A stretch of DNA of 63,526 nucleotides, counting the filler. It is 8 parts of 8 records of this genome, joined end to end, with 100 filler letters (N's around TTAATTAATTAA, not from the genome) between each part and the next. Parts side by side here need not be neighbours in the genome. Positions count along the whole stretch, not along the records: positions 45,193 to 49,565 come from SRR7504441_413; positions 49,666 to 56,609 come from SRR7504441_414; positions 56,710 to 63,526 come from SRR7504441_427; 5 more parts are not named here. The stretch is one strand, 5' to 3'. Both the position numbers and the translations under genes were made by a program. Positions 45,531-56,979 of this stretch are shown here, one piece after another. The notes under the pieces are model-generated. The model saw only the letters and a program-made list of their open reading frames with translations. It had not been told where the DNA came from and made no database searches. Numbering within the stretch: the first letter of the stretch is position 1; every line of letters begins with the position of its first letter.

Positions 45531-48500
45531 ATGGAGTCTGCGGTGGTGTGCGAGGGGCTGCTGCAGAAGAAGAACGAGCACAGCATGTTCAATCCATACT
45601 CGGATAGGTACTGGGTTTTGACCTCCTCTGAGCTCTGCTACTACCGAGAGAAAGGCGGCGATCTCAGGGTGACCGGGGGGACATCACAGCGCTCACCTGT
45701 GATCGGACAGGGCACGATCCCGGTCAATACTATCCGGTCAGTGGCAGCGGTCCCGGACCCAAAGAAAAGGGGGGTCTGGGATTTCTTTGTAGATGAACCG
45801 ATCCGTGGGTATAAAATCCGGGCCAAGAACGAGAGGGAGCGAGATCAGTGGGTGGAAGCTATCAGAGGTGAGATCGACGCCATCCAGGAGGTTGCGCAGG
45901 TGGAGGTTCTCGCGCGATTGCTGGCCAGCGGCTCGGGGCAGGCCGTGTCACGCAAAGAGGAGGAGGAGAAGCTGGGGGCCCAAAAGGCGAAGGAGGAGGC
46001 CGAGCGGAAGGTTAAGGAAGAGAAGGATCGGAGGCGTAGGGAGGAGCAGAGGCGAAACAGGGCAAAGGACGCCAGGTTTGAGATGAGCGGCGGACTATGG
46101 GGCTGATGATTGTTGCACGTGCAGCGCTCCAGTGACGGAAGGCGACCACGTGTACTACCAGCAGGACGTGTCGACACTGCCGCAGCCGGCGAAGGGCTAC
46201 AAAGAGGCCCCCCTCGCCCTCCAGGCACGGCTGAGAACAAATGGCTCAGGTGTTCCTTCGCTGCACGGTGCTGGAGGACGTTGGAGCCAAGGCGAAGTAT
46301 GTACGTGAGTTTCAGCATTGGCTGGTCCAGGAGCCGATCGAGTTGCAAGTGGTCTCTACACCGCTGCTCAACTCAGCCTGAGCTGGTCGCTGCAGGTGAC
46401 TCAGGCCCAGGCCTCATCCACAGGTCAAGAAGAAGACGAGTTCGAGCTTGGGCGACTCCCTGGGCCCTCGCTGCTGCTAACCACGAGGGCAGTGAGACTA
46501 TGACTGCGATGCCAGGCTCGCTGATCCATCGGGCTTCGATTGCAAAGCGCTCGGAAGGCTCTGACTTGATCGCGGACCTCACAGGTGCCTCACATCTTGC
46601 TCTCTGGCTGACGATGTGCAGAGCTTTCACCTTTGAACGAGGCCTCGATCCTGAACGCTCTCCGCAAGCGTTATTCAGATTTACACTCGATTTACACCTA
46701 CATTGGACCAACTCTGGTGGCTCTAAACAGCTTCTGTGACGAAGACGGTGCATACTCGAACGAGGTGATGCAGTCATACATCCAGGAGGTAGCCAGCTGT
46801 TCCAGCTCGGGCCTGACTCGGCCCAGGGGGCTGGTCGTTCTGAAGACATGGCGCCGCACCTGTTCAGTGTAGCCAAGGAGGTGTACTTTCGCAACCTGTC
46901 GACAAAGAAGAACCAGGCAACTGCCAGCCCGGTGCAAGTTGCTCAGGCTGAGCCAGGCAATCATCATCACCGGTGAATCTGGGGCCGGTAAGTCCTTTTC
47001 TGCTCGGAAGATTCTGGATTTCCTTGCAGAGGTGCCTGCTGCTGGGCACCTTTTGGGCAACCAGGCTGGTACAGGTGACAGCCCACAACACTGGTCAGGA
47101 GAGTACGATTGGTGCCAATATCATTATCGCTAACCCGATCCTCGAGGCGTTCGGTAACGCTAAGATGCCACGAAACGACGACTCGTCCCGGTTTGGCAAG
47201 CTTTTTAGGATCGCCATTGACGACTTTGGCCAAATTGCTGGGTAAGGTGCTGGTGTGTGGTGGTCAAGTGGTTACAGGTGTACTATTGAGACTTACCTGC
47301 TGGAAAAGTCACGTGTGGCACGACATGGAGTGGGTGAGCGCAACTTTCACATCTTCTACATGTTTCTGGCCTACATTAAGGTGTCGAGTGCCGGTGTGTG
47401 CTCGGGTCTGAGTCTGAACAGGAGTACGAACCTGAATGGATGGGTGATGTCGGGCTGGGTGACGATCTGGAGGCCAAGGACTACAGATACCTGTCAGACA
47501 TCACAGACGACTCTGGCAAGATCGAGAAGATTGAGAACGACATTGAGATTATGATGGAGGACGATGCAGACAAGTTCCAGTGCCTGGTTGATGCGCTCTC
47601 GGTGTGCAACTTCTCGGACGAGGATCAGCTGCACCTTTGGAAAATGCTCGTGTGTGTGATGAAGCTTGGCAACATCAGTTTCATCGAAAATGCAGATGGC
47701 AAGGCTGAGATCGACGACATGGATCATGTGGAGGAGGCAGCAGCACAGATGGGCGTGGATCCAGAGAACCTTGCTGACTCTCTCTGTTCTCGCGAGTTTC
47801 CCAACCCAACTCCTGGCAAGGAGCACGAGTTCATCAAGTTTGCTGCCACGCCGCTCCAGGCCCAGCAAAACAGGGATGCAATGGCCAAATCAGTCTATTC
47901 TGGCATGTTTGAGACGCTTGTCAAGCGAGTGAATCTTGTGTTTACTGAAGCTGAAGGGTTTGACGGCTCCAGCTCAATGCCTTTCATATCAGTGCTTGAC
48001 ATCTTTGGTTTTGAGGTGTTGTTCTGCGGGCGCGTGCTGGCAGGACTGATATGGTGGCAGGTGCTTGACCACAACTCTCTTGAGCAGCTGCTCATCAACT
48101 ACACAAACGAGAAACTGCACGATTACTTCTCGCGGCACATGTACGCTGATCAGATTGAACTGCTCCAAAAGGAGACCAATCTGGGCTCTGAGGGGCTCTC
48201 GTACTTCATGGATCATGTGGCCGAAATTTCCGCCGAGCAGGCGTCAAGGGTGAAGCATCTGGGCGAAGTTGTGCTTGGCTCGTGCCTTGACGAGATCTCT
48301 GCACACCCAAAGGGCCAGGACTCGGAGTTTGTGGAGCTGCTGCGCCAGAATCCAAATCCTCAGTTTATGCAAGTCAAGACTAAAGATGAGGCGGACGAGT
48401 TTGTGATCACTCACTTTGCAGAGGATGTGCTGTACAATTCCGAAGGGTTTGTGGACAAAAATAAGTTTAAACTCTACTCTAACCTGTGCAAGACCATCCA

Positions 48501-49565
48501 GAGTGGCGATAATAGCTTCCTACAGGACCTGATCAATTCTGAGCTCGAGTGTACTTCGCGTAATATGTATCAGCGATTTGGCTCCTCGCTTGATTCGCTG
48601 ATCAATCTTCTTGACGACTCGATGCCTCGGTTTATTCGGTGCATCAAATCAAACATGAAGAAGGCAGAGTGGCACTTTGAGCCTGAGATTGTTCACAGGC
48701 AGCTGATTTATGCATCATTACTCCAGGTATGCTATTGCTAGATTGAAACTATTAACTGCAGCTTCTGACTTGAATGGCTCTGCAGACTGTGAGAATCTGC
48801 ACGATGGGGTACCCAGAGCAGCATCTCTTCCGAGACTTTTACCAGACATACCGTACTCTCTTCCTTGCCAGCTCCAAAGACATGCAAAAGTTTGAGCAAA
48901 GTTTTCGTGGGATGCAGTATGCTGATGACGTGGATGACGAGACCTGGAAGAAGGGTCTCCAAATTTTCCTGATTTGTTGCAAGAATCAATTTGGCAAGCG
49001 CATAGCTGATTTGATCAAGATTGGGAAGGACTCCGTGCTGCTTCGTGATGAGGCGTCTCAGGCACTTGATATGCACAAGCAGCATGGAGTGCGGAATGCC
49101 ATCGAGGTATTCTGTGCTGTAATGAGCGCCCGGTTTGCATCCAAGGAGTACAACACCATCAGAGCTGCCAGGAATATTCAGGCTGCCTGTCGGGCTGTGC
49201 CCAAGGTGCTTCCATGGAGGAGGAACTGGGCAGGAACCAACATTACTTCAGTCTGCCTGGCACTGGTCAACACCTCTGCAGAGTTCAAGGAGCACATGGC
49301 TAACACTGAGATCGAGGCAGCCCCACTGTCCCCTAAGGACAAAGCAGTAGATGCTAGAGCCAGAAGCAACACTGCAGCAGACAAGCTTGCTGAGGCTGTG
49401 GCTGCTGCTGTTGCAGCTGAAGTGGCACTGGAACGGGCCAAGGAGGCAGGCGACCAGGACGCAATTGAAGATGCTGAGATGGCCTTGTTGGAGGCTGAGT
49501 CTGCCAAGGCTGACGCTGAGGAGGAGGCTGCTGATGCTGCTGAGGAGGCTGAGGAGGCTGAGGCT
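45531..49565 (+). CDS. Unconventional myosin with N-terminal PH domain, divergent motor, IQ motifs, acidic Ala/Glu tail; 3'-truncated
   Basis: [26 protein letters not shown] (PH); [82 protein letters not shown]. Confidence 0.92.
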
Positions 49566-49665
49566 NNNNNNNNNNNNNNNNNNNNNNNNNNNNNNNNNNN
49601 NNNNNNNNNTTAATTAATTAANNNNNNNNNNNNNNNNNNNNNNNNNNNNNNNNNNNNNNNNNNNN

Positions 49666-50112
49666 AAAAAGGCTGAACAGCACCAAAAGCTGCAGCAGAA
49701 ACTGCAGCAGCTAGAGCTGGATCACAAGGAAAAGCTTCGGAAGGCGTCCATGCACATGCAACAACTAGTCGACGCGAAGCGGAAAAAGCTACTGGAAAAG
49801 ATGCAAGCAGTGATTCATTTGAAGGACGTTTGCAAGGCGGACTCAACATTGAGCATAGACGAGCTTAAGAGCGCATTAGAGCAAGTGCGGTTACAACCCG
49901 TGGCCATCGCCGAAACGATGCACAAGGTCGCAATTCTAAGATCAATTGGCTCTGCCCTGGACAAGCTGAACAGCTTACGAAAGCTGAACAAAGCCCACGC
50001 AATGTTTACACTGAACCAAGTTGGCACAGGGCTGATAGCCGCGGTCAAGCAAATAGAAGGAAGCGGTTTCCTTGCCAAGCCGTTGGAACTACCAAGTACC
50101 GATACTAACTAG
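49666..50112 (+). CDS. 3' end of a coiled-coil protein (possibly, not demonstrably, the myosin tail)
   Basis: Open frame from the linker KKAEQHQKLQQKLQQLEL.. to TAG 50112, then AT-rich UTR. Confidence 0.5.
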   Translation, partial: KKAEQHQKLQQKLQQLELDHKEKLRKASMHMQQLVDAKRKKLLEKMQAVIHLKDVCKADSTLSIDELKSALEQVRLQPVAIAETMHKVAILRSIGSALDKLNSLRKLNKAHAMFTLNQVGTGLIAAVKQIEGSGFLAKPLELPSTDTN

Positions 50113-50509
50113 GTTTTAACTAGTTTTAGAGATTTAAAGTCCACCTGTGAAGGCTAACCCTAACCATACTCGTACCACTTTGTGCGATTCGCCTCCAAAT
50201 CGGCCCGAATGGCGGACGTAGTGCAGCGTCGCGCCTTCAGCGCTCCTTGCGCGGCCTGCGGCCGCGTACTTATCCATGTACGGCCGTAGCTTGATATCAT
50301 ATAGTTAGTGGGTACTGTACACAATCATAAAGTCCTCATAGGATGCACTGCAGATGTTAATCGATTGATTCGCGCACATTCTTGAAAACCTAGAATTCTT
50401 GAACTGAATCGACGCCTCTCCGTCAGAGACTATTAAAATTACAAGTACTTAATTAAGTCGAGCTCGATCACTGATAGATCACTGAGACACTCTAGAGTCA
50501 CTCCCCAGG

Positions 50510-53101
50510 TCAACCCATCATTTCAGCAGTTGTAATGCGGAATCCACTCTCATTAAAGACGGTCTGACTGGCCGCCTGCAGGCTGCCCACTGAGAGGTGC
50601 ACCTGTCTCCGACAGTCAAACCTAGCACTCCTGGCAGCCAAGTGACCGAGGCTCGGTTGATGATGTCATCCTCGTCATGGCTTGTTGGGTTATGAAACCT
50701 CAAAAGCCGCTCCTCTTGGGACTCCTGGTCGAAGTCATAGTCGCCATAGATCTGGAAATGAACCAAGTGGTCGGCCACTCGAGAGAGATACTCTGGGTCA
50801 TGAGGATCCTGCATACTTGAGAAGTCGTCACTTGCATACTTTGAGGCGATCCGGTCAATGAGCCCTTGATTGGACACGTCCAACCCAAGCTGGCGCAACT
50901 TACCTAGCAGGACGGACCGGCTCCACTGCGCGTGCTCCCGCTCCAAGACAACCTGTGCACAACCATGATCAGCATGACCAAGACTTACGGCTGTACTAGA
51001 CAGTGAGCTAAAGAGTTGTATGCCACACCTGGCTGTGCGCCAGTTGCCAGCCAGCCTCGCTCTCACGAGGGGTCTCAAACACTTTTTCTTGGAGCGCCAT
51101 CCTCCATAGCCGAGAGCCACTTGTGTAGACACCCACAGCAGCCCAGCAAAAGCTCCCTATCGCCACCTGTAGAGTGGGTAACCAACAACGTCTCGCTTTG
51201 CTACTGAGGTTACCTGAGGCAAACCGGGTTCGGGCGGTGCCACATGCAGCTCATGCCAAGGTGCCGGCTCGCCGGCCTCCTCCAGCATGGAGTACTTCTG
51301 TTTGCTGTCTGGCATGGCTTCGGTTGGGAATTTCATCACAAACGCTTTGTGCTCGGATGTGTGCGCGACTGTGCAGCTGTCCACACACTCGATCTGGCTG
51401 ACAGAGTGGGCAAGAAGCTGGGCTGCAGCAGTCGGGTGATGGAAATGTGCCACCTGCCGATATCAGAAGCTCAGGCTTGGATCAAAGCAATCCGCACCCG
51501 GGAAGAAGTGGCTCCGCCCCACTGCCACACCTGCTAGCAGAGTGATACGACCAATCGACCAACGAGCACACCTCGGCCTTGTCGGTTAGCGCAGCAAAGT
51601 GCGTCGGCTGGCCTGAGCAGACCAAGCTACCCACCTTGGCACACATCACAACTCACACCGGCATCACTCGCATACCTTGTGCCCGGCCAGCCCTTGGACT
51701 TCCGTTGGCTCGAGCACCACAAAGCTGCGCTCATCAGAAGCTTAGTCGGGCGCCTCGCACAGCACCCACCCTTGCGCTGACTGTGGGTCTTTCTCGAACC
51801 CAGCTGCTCCCAGTCCGAGTTCGCCGTGCTCGCCGTTGCCCCAGGTCCACACCTGGCTCGCGCGGTCAACTGATCAACAGCCTGGGCCCACCCTGCCGTC
51901 CTCGGAGAGGGCAGCCGCCTGGCTGTGACCAAGCGCTACCTCCACCACTCGGCCTGGAACCGGAACAGCCACAGGGCTTCGCCGCTCGCCAGCTCGGCCC
52001 AGCGCCCCGCCAGACCCACCCTCGGGTTCCCACCTGAAATGGACCCATCAGCGAGGCGACCAGCCGCAGAGACTGCACGTGAAGAGGAGGCCAGAACTGG
52101 TCACTGCGGCACAGATGCAAGGGCGGGCCTGCCACCGGCTCAGGTTTGGCCTGCAGAGTATTGCCTTGAAGCCGACGATTGATTCGGACTCCAGCGTGGC
52201 CCATCCGGCTCCGTTCCCGTGTACCTGTGTGGCAGCGTGACGGCCTCGTGCCCAGTCAGTGCCCACCCGTTGCGAAATACAATTCCCTGTGCGGTCGATG
52301 CAGAAGCACCAGAGCTGACCAGTGACCGCCACAGCCGAGCCGTATTCCGAGAGCACCACCTACTCCGCTCAGCCCTGCCCCAAAAGTGGGTCACCGTTCG
52401 GCTCGCGTGCAGGCCGGGCACAGCCAGCGGTCGCCCCGCGCCGCTGCAGGCTGCTCAGCATAGAGGCAGTCCAGGAGGACCCACATTTTCGGGTCGACTC
52501 GCCAGGCGTACAGCTGGCCGGAGACGGTGAGCGCCGCTACCTGCCACCGTCGGGTGACACCCGTCCGCCAGCTGGGATTACTTGATCGGCGGAGCAGCGG
52601 ACGGAGGCCACGGGGGAGCTCAGTGAAACAGAACTCGGGCTCACGGCCAGCTGCTCGAGGGACGGCTTGCTCGGACAGACCCCGCGGGTGGGCGGAGCGC
52701 TCAGGCTGTCTCGCAGGTGCCACCCGCCCTGACGGAGGCGGCCTGCACCGGCTCGGGCCGGCCTCTGGTAGGGGCCCACCTTCGAGACCAGCCGGGGCGC
52801 AGAGCACGTGGTTGCGGTATAGGCCGTGGAGCCCGCCAACTCCGAGGAAGTTGGGCCGCCGGGCGTGCCGGGAGAGATAGGCCCGCCAGAGCGGCTCGCC
52901 GTGCGCCACTTGGGCCCAGCTGACAGAAGTCTGGCCGACCAGCCGGACGATGGTGGCGACTGGGAGCTCGAGCAGCACGCTGCCGGGCGACAAGAGGTGG
53001 GCTGGAGCCGGTGCGGTCGGGGGGAGGGACCTGATCAACAGCCCAGTTTCTCGGCTCAAGGCTGTGCCCGTGTCCTTAGCAGGCTCATCATCAGGCGCCA
53101 T
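50510..53101 (-). CDS. Hypothetical multi-exon protein with weak F-box-like N-terminus
   Basis: LLELPVATIVRLV..SWAQVAHGEPLWRAY; chain of minus ORFs joined by short introns; no other domain recognised. Confidence 0.45.
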
Positions 53102-53330
53102 TTGTTTGGTTAGATATTTTTTTCGGGGCACCGTCACCAGGACGCCTGAAAATAATGTAAATGGACACTGGGTGGACTAGTTAATTAAGATCTCAGAGAA
53201 CACTCTCTATGGACAGTGCTGAGTACAATCCTACTACAGGTATCATTACTGTAACCTAAACCCCAGTTGACCTCAAAGTTCTACTGTAGCTCGGTAACAT
53301 TGTAATTACGAGTACGTACATTGGAGGCGA

Positions 53331-56300
53331 TCATAGCTTCTTAGGATAAAGCTTGTCATCAGCCATGTCTAGAGCCTCGAGATCGAGCTGGAGGTCTTCC
53401 ACCTCGCGCTCCAGCACAGCAATGTCCTCCTTGACAGCGGCCGCCTCAACAAAATTCTCCGCCTGCACCAGCCTGCCGAGCTGTTTGTGCAGCCATTCAA
53501 TTGACGTCTTGTTCTTGCTCAGTAGTTCCTCCCGGGCCGCCCGCTCCTCCCTGGCCGCCTTGGCACTGAGCCGTCTGTCTTTTGTCCTGGCAAGCAGCAG
53601 TTTGCCGCCCTCGAGTCCCCTGCCGAGCTCGGTATGAACCTCCGTCAATTCAGATGCATACACGTAGCCGGGCAGCTCAAGCCGCCGCCGACCAAGGGCT
53701 TCATAGACCTGCCCGACAGATGAGCCTCCATAGAGCGAGGGATGACCTGGTCGATCGACTCAGCATACACAAGCTTGCTGCTGACTGCGTTGTCGGCAAA
53801 CATGCTGGCTCCAGCAACTGACATCCGGAGCATCATGTCTGGGTGCAGCACCACCACCTGGTGTGAAAGCTCACGATTAACTGGTCTCTACACAGGCGGG
53901 CTGCACCTGTTTGAGGTTGGTGCCCCAGGTGGCGGGCATCACGGCCAGTTGCTCCCGGAGCCAGCCGATCGACAGCGGATAGACGTATTTATCCACTGGA
54001 GTGTTCAGGTAGACGACAACAAACTCAGAGCTGGCAATTGACTGGAGAGTTGCCACCAAGTACAACAGCACTAAATGCTTGTCTGTGCGTTCGGGCAGCA
54101 TGGCCGCTGACACGAGCAGCACCGGCCGGTCGGCGTGGTCGCGCCCCCGGACAGCCAGAAAATCCAGCCTTTGAATCTCAGTGAGGTCTTCTTGATCCGC
54201 TTGTCTCATGAGCTCGACGTACTTGATTGTGTGCTGCTCCTGCTCGAAATCCCGGTGTCCATGCACTTTCAGCTGGAGCGCCATCAGTTGCTCCTGCAGC
54301 CTGCTCATGCGCTTACAAGCCCGGCCAGTCGCCTGCAGCTCGCTGTTCGCCGCCATCAGCTGCTGGTTGGCCGCCTGCACCCGAGCTCAGCACACATCGA
54401 CGGATCAATTCGGGACCTGCATCCGCACCAGCCTTTCCGCCTCTTCCGTCGGCGGCAGCTCTATCTGCCCAGTGGGCTGCGCCTCCAGGTGCTCCACAAC
54501 CGCCCGCGCGCGGCTGCTGGCCTGCTCTAGCGTCAGTCCAGCCTTGCCCGGCTGCTGCTCGAGCTCTTGCTCCAGCTCTGCGATCCGAGCCCGGAGCATC
54601 AGCTCAGTCTCACTTTCAGCATCCGGCGCGATCTCGCACTCAGAATCCGGCTTGATCTCGTCTGTGCGCGGCAGCTCCTCCTCTGCTTGCTCTTGATCTG
54701 CCAACGCTCGCACTTGCTCCGGCTGCTCGGGGCGATCCGATGCCGGCTGCACTGCCGATTGCTGTGACTGCATTGGCTCCTCTGCCAGCTCCTCAGGCTC
54801 CGCCTGCTCCTGCTCTGGCTTCTGCTCAGGCTCCGCCTGCGCCTGCTCCTGCTGGGGCACCCGGCCCCGGAACGCCACTCGCATAGTTGCCACATCTGCT
54901 GGGCTAAACCCACCCGCCTTGTTGAGCAGTCGCACCACGGCCACGGCCGCCTCGCCCTGCCGTTGCAGGTCAGCCCACAGCCACCGGGCAGGTCCCACCT
55001 GCAGGACCGGCACCAGCAGGATGCAGCTGGCTGGCTGGCCAGGCTCCATGTCTGTGGCGGCGTCCCAGCGCTCGTCGGCCATCGGGTTTGAGCTCCGTAT
55101 CACGCGAGCCTCTTTGATGGCGTGCCCGACCAGCCCTTGACCGAGTGAGCCGCTGTGATGCTGGCTGGCAACTTCAGTCCAACTGCAACCGACACAGCGC
55201 AGCTGGTCCTGCTGCCTCATCCAGAGCGCCCCCGACTGGGCTTGGGTGAGTCGGCAGAGCAGTTGAAGCCACCAGCTCACCATTCGGGCGCGAGGCCCCG
55301 GCTGCCCCCTGACCACTCGCGAGATCCCCTCCCACACTTGCCTCGTAGCACCCTCACTCACACCCGGGGTCCTCTCTGGCACGGCCCCGCAAGCCAAGTC
55401 CCGGTATGCCTCGGACACGCCCAGCAGCCCGCTCATAAGCACGTCCGCCACTGCACCGGCCATCACAGCCTCCTGCTGCTCTTCAGCCCTCCAGCGCCTC
55501 TCCTGGTACTTGCGCCGGAGGTGCTCAATCATGCCAGCCTCCGGGTTGCCCGCCGGATGCAGGTCAATCAGTGGGTTGAACCGGTCGAGCCACACGCGCG
55601 TGGCTGCAGGGTTGCCAGCCTCGAGCTCCGCAACTTGAGTCTCGGTCCACCCATCGTCGTCAAGCAGCCTGACCTGACAGCAGGATGACACACGAACCAA
55701 TCGCCGGCGCCCACCTGGTGCTGCAGCTCGCGCGCGTGCAGATCGGCACACCTGCGCCCGGGTGAGCAAATCCAGGCTTCACGCACGGCTGCGCCTCTCT
55801 ATTTGCACTCTAGGCTAGTGCTATTCAACATCGATCTAATGAATAGAGCACCCACCGCTGACACACGAATCCTCCGGCTTCGATCACCACACACGTAGTA
55901 GGGCCCTGGCCGCAGTCGACACAGTTCAGGTTCTCAGGCCGCTCAGCAAGACGGCGCAGCTCCGCTCCCGGGTTGTAGTGCCGGGCGGGCGCAGCTGCGT
56001 TGAGCAGCTCGGCCGCGCCAGCCCACAGCCAGGGCTTGGTCTGGAAGTTGCCCCAGGTCGAAGGGTCAAACGCCGGCAGCCCTGCCGAGAGCGGCGAGGC
56101 GCAGGTTGCCGCGTAGATGCACCTGACCCGGCCCTGTCAGCTGGCTGCCCCAGCCGTATCGGAGCCACTGCAAGCTGTGCCGGGGCTATGGCCAGGGCTT
56201 CTAATTAGGGACAGCGGACTTGAGCGCGGCGCGGTCGAACGGGGCGCACTCGGGGTGCTCGTGGGCCATCGCCAGGCCGACGAACTTGTCCAGACTCATC

Positions 56301-56609
56301 ACCTGACCTCGGACCGTCACTTGGAGCGATCACCCGCACAGACCGAGCTGCCCAGCAGGCTGCGGTGGGTCTCCGGGTGGGCCGACAGGTCGAGCGCGAG
56401 CATCGCGTTGGTCAGACTCACCTGGGCCGTCCGACTGAGCCGAGGAGCGTGGCCGACCAAGCTGCCGTTGCTTCGAGCGCGGCGGCCCTTTCTTTGCAAT
56501 CTGGCTGGAGCACGGCAGCTGCAAACAGCCGAGCCAGTGCGGTGTGCTCGCCCGGTGTCCGAGGGATCGAGACCCGAGCGAGCAGGCCTGCCGGCCCGAT
56601 CGGCTATTA
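53331..56609 (-). CDS. ArfGAP zinc finger + GAF + coiled coil + BCH/CRAL-TRIO-like + UVR-motif protein (5' end uncertain)
   Basis: PENLNCVDC..GGFVCQR|CADLHAR..WT..GN..KYQERRW; GQGLVGH..ADERW..ILLVPV..VVRLLNKAGGFSPAD; GRDHADRPVLLV..FVVVYL..NLKQ|VVVLHP..KLVY; LVQAENFVEAAAVKEDI. Confidence 0.75.
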
Positions 56610-56979
56610 NNNNNNNNNNNNNNNNNNNNNNNNNNNNNNNNNNNNNNNNNNNNTTAATTAATTAANNNNNNNNNNNNNNNNNNNNNNNNNNNNNNNNNNN
56701 NNNNNNNNNACGGACTACCCTCTACCGTCAGAAACTACACCTTGCCCGTGATTGTACGATCGAAATTCGGCATTGATTGCCACCCTTGTACTACCCTTGT
56801 ACATCATGTAACCGCCAATTTAATTAATGAAATGAGTCTAGAATGCAGTAAGAGACCCTTACGATTTCGCCTCAAAATGATTCACCTATATAATTAAAGG
56901 ACATAATTAGGTCCTTTAGGTCTGCTATCGGTACAATCATGTATCAACTGAAGTCGATCGGTACTAAGTCTTGTAACTT

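Noticed and set aside
46913-46960. CCAGGCAA direct repeat at both junctions as an introner target-site duplication
   Set aside because: Mostly explained by the CAG|G splice consensus; other introns lack long repeats and are not mutually similar
49666-50112. Assigning this fragment as the myosin C-terminus
   Set aside because: Separated by an artificial linker; strand and composition are compatible but nothing demonstrates continuity
14588-56709. Repeated TTAATTAATTAA flanked by Ns as a biological repeat or CRISPR-like array
   Set aside because: Fixed 100-nt six-frame-stop linker added during concatenation; cross-linker synteny was also not used
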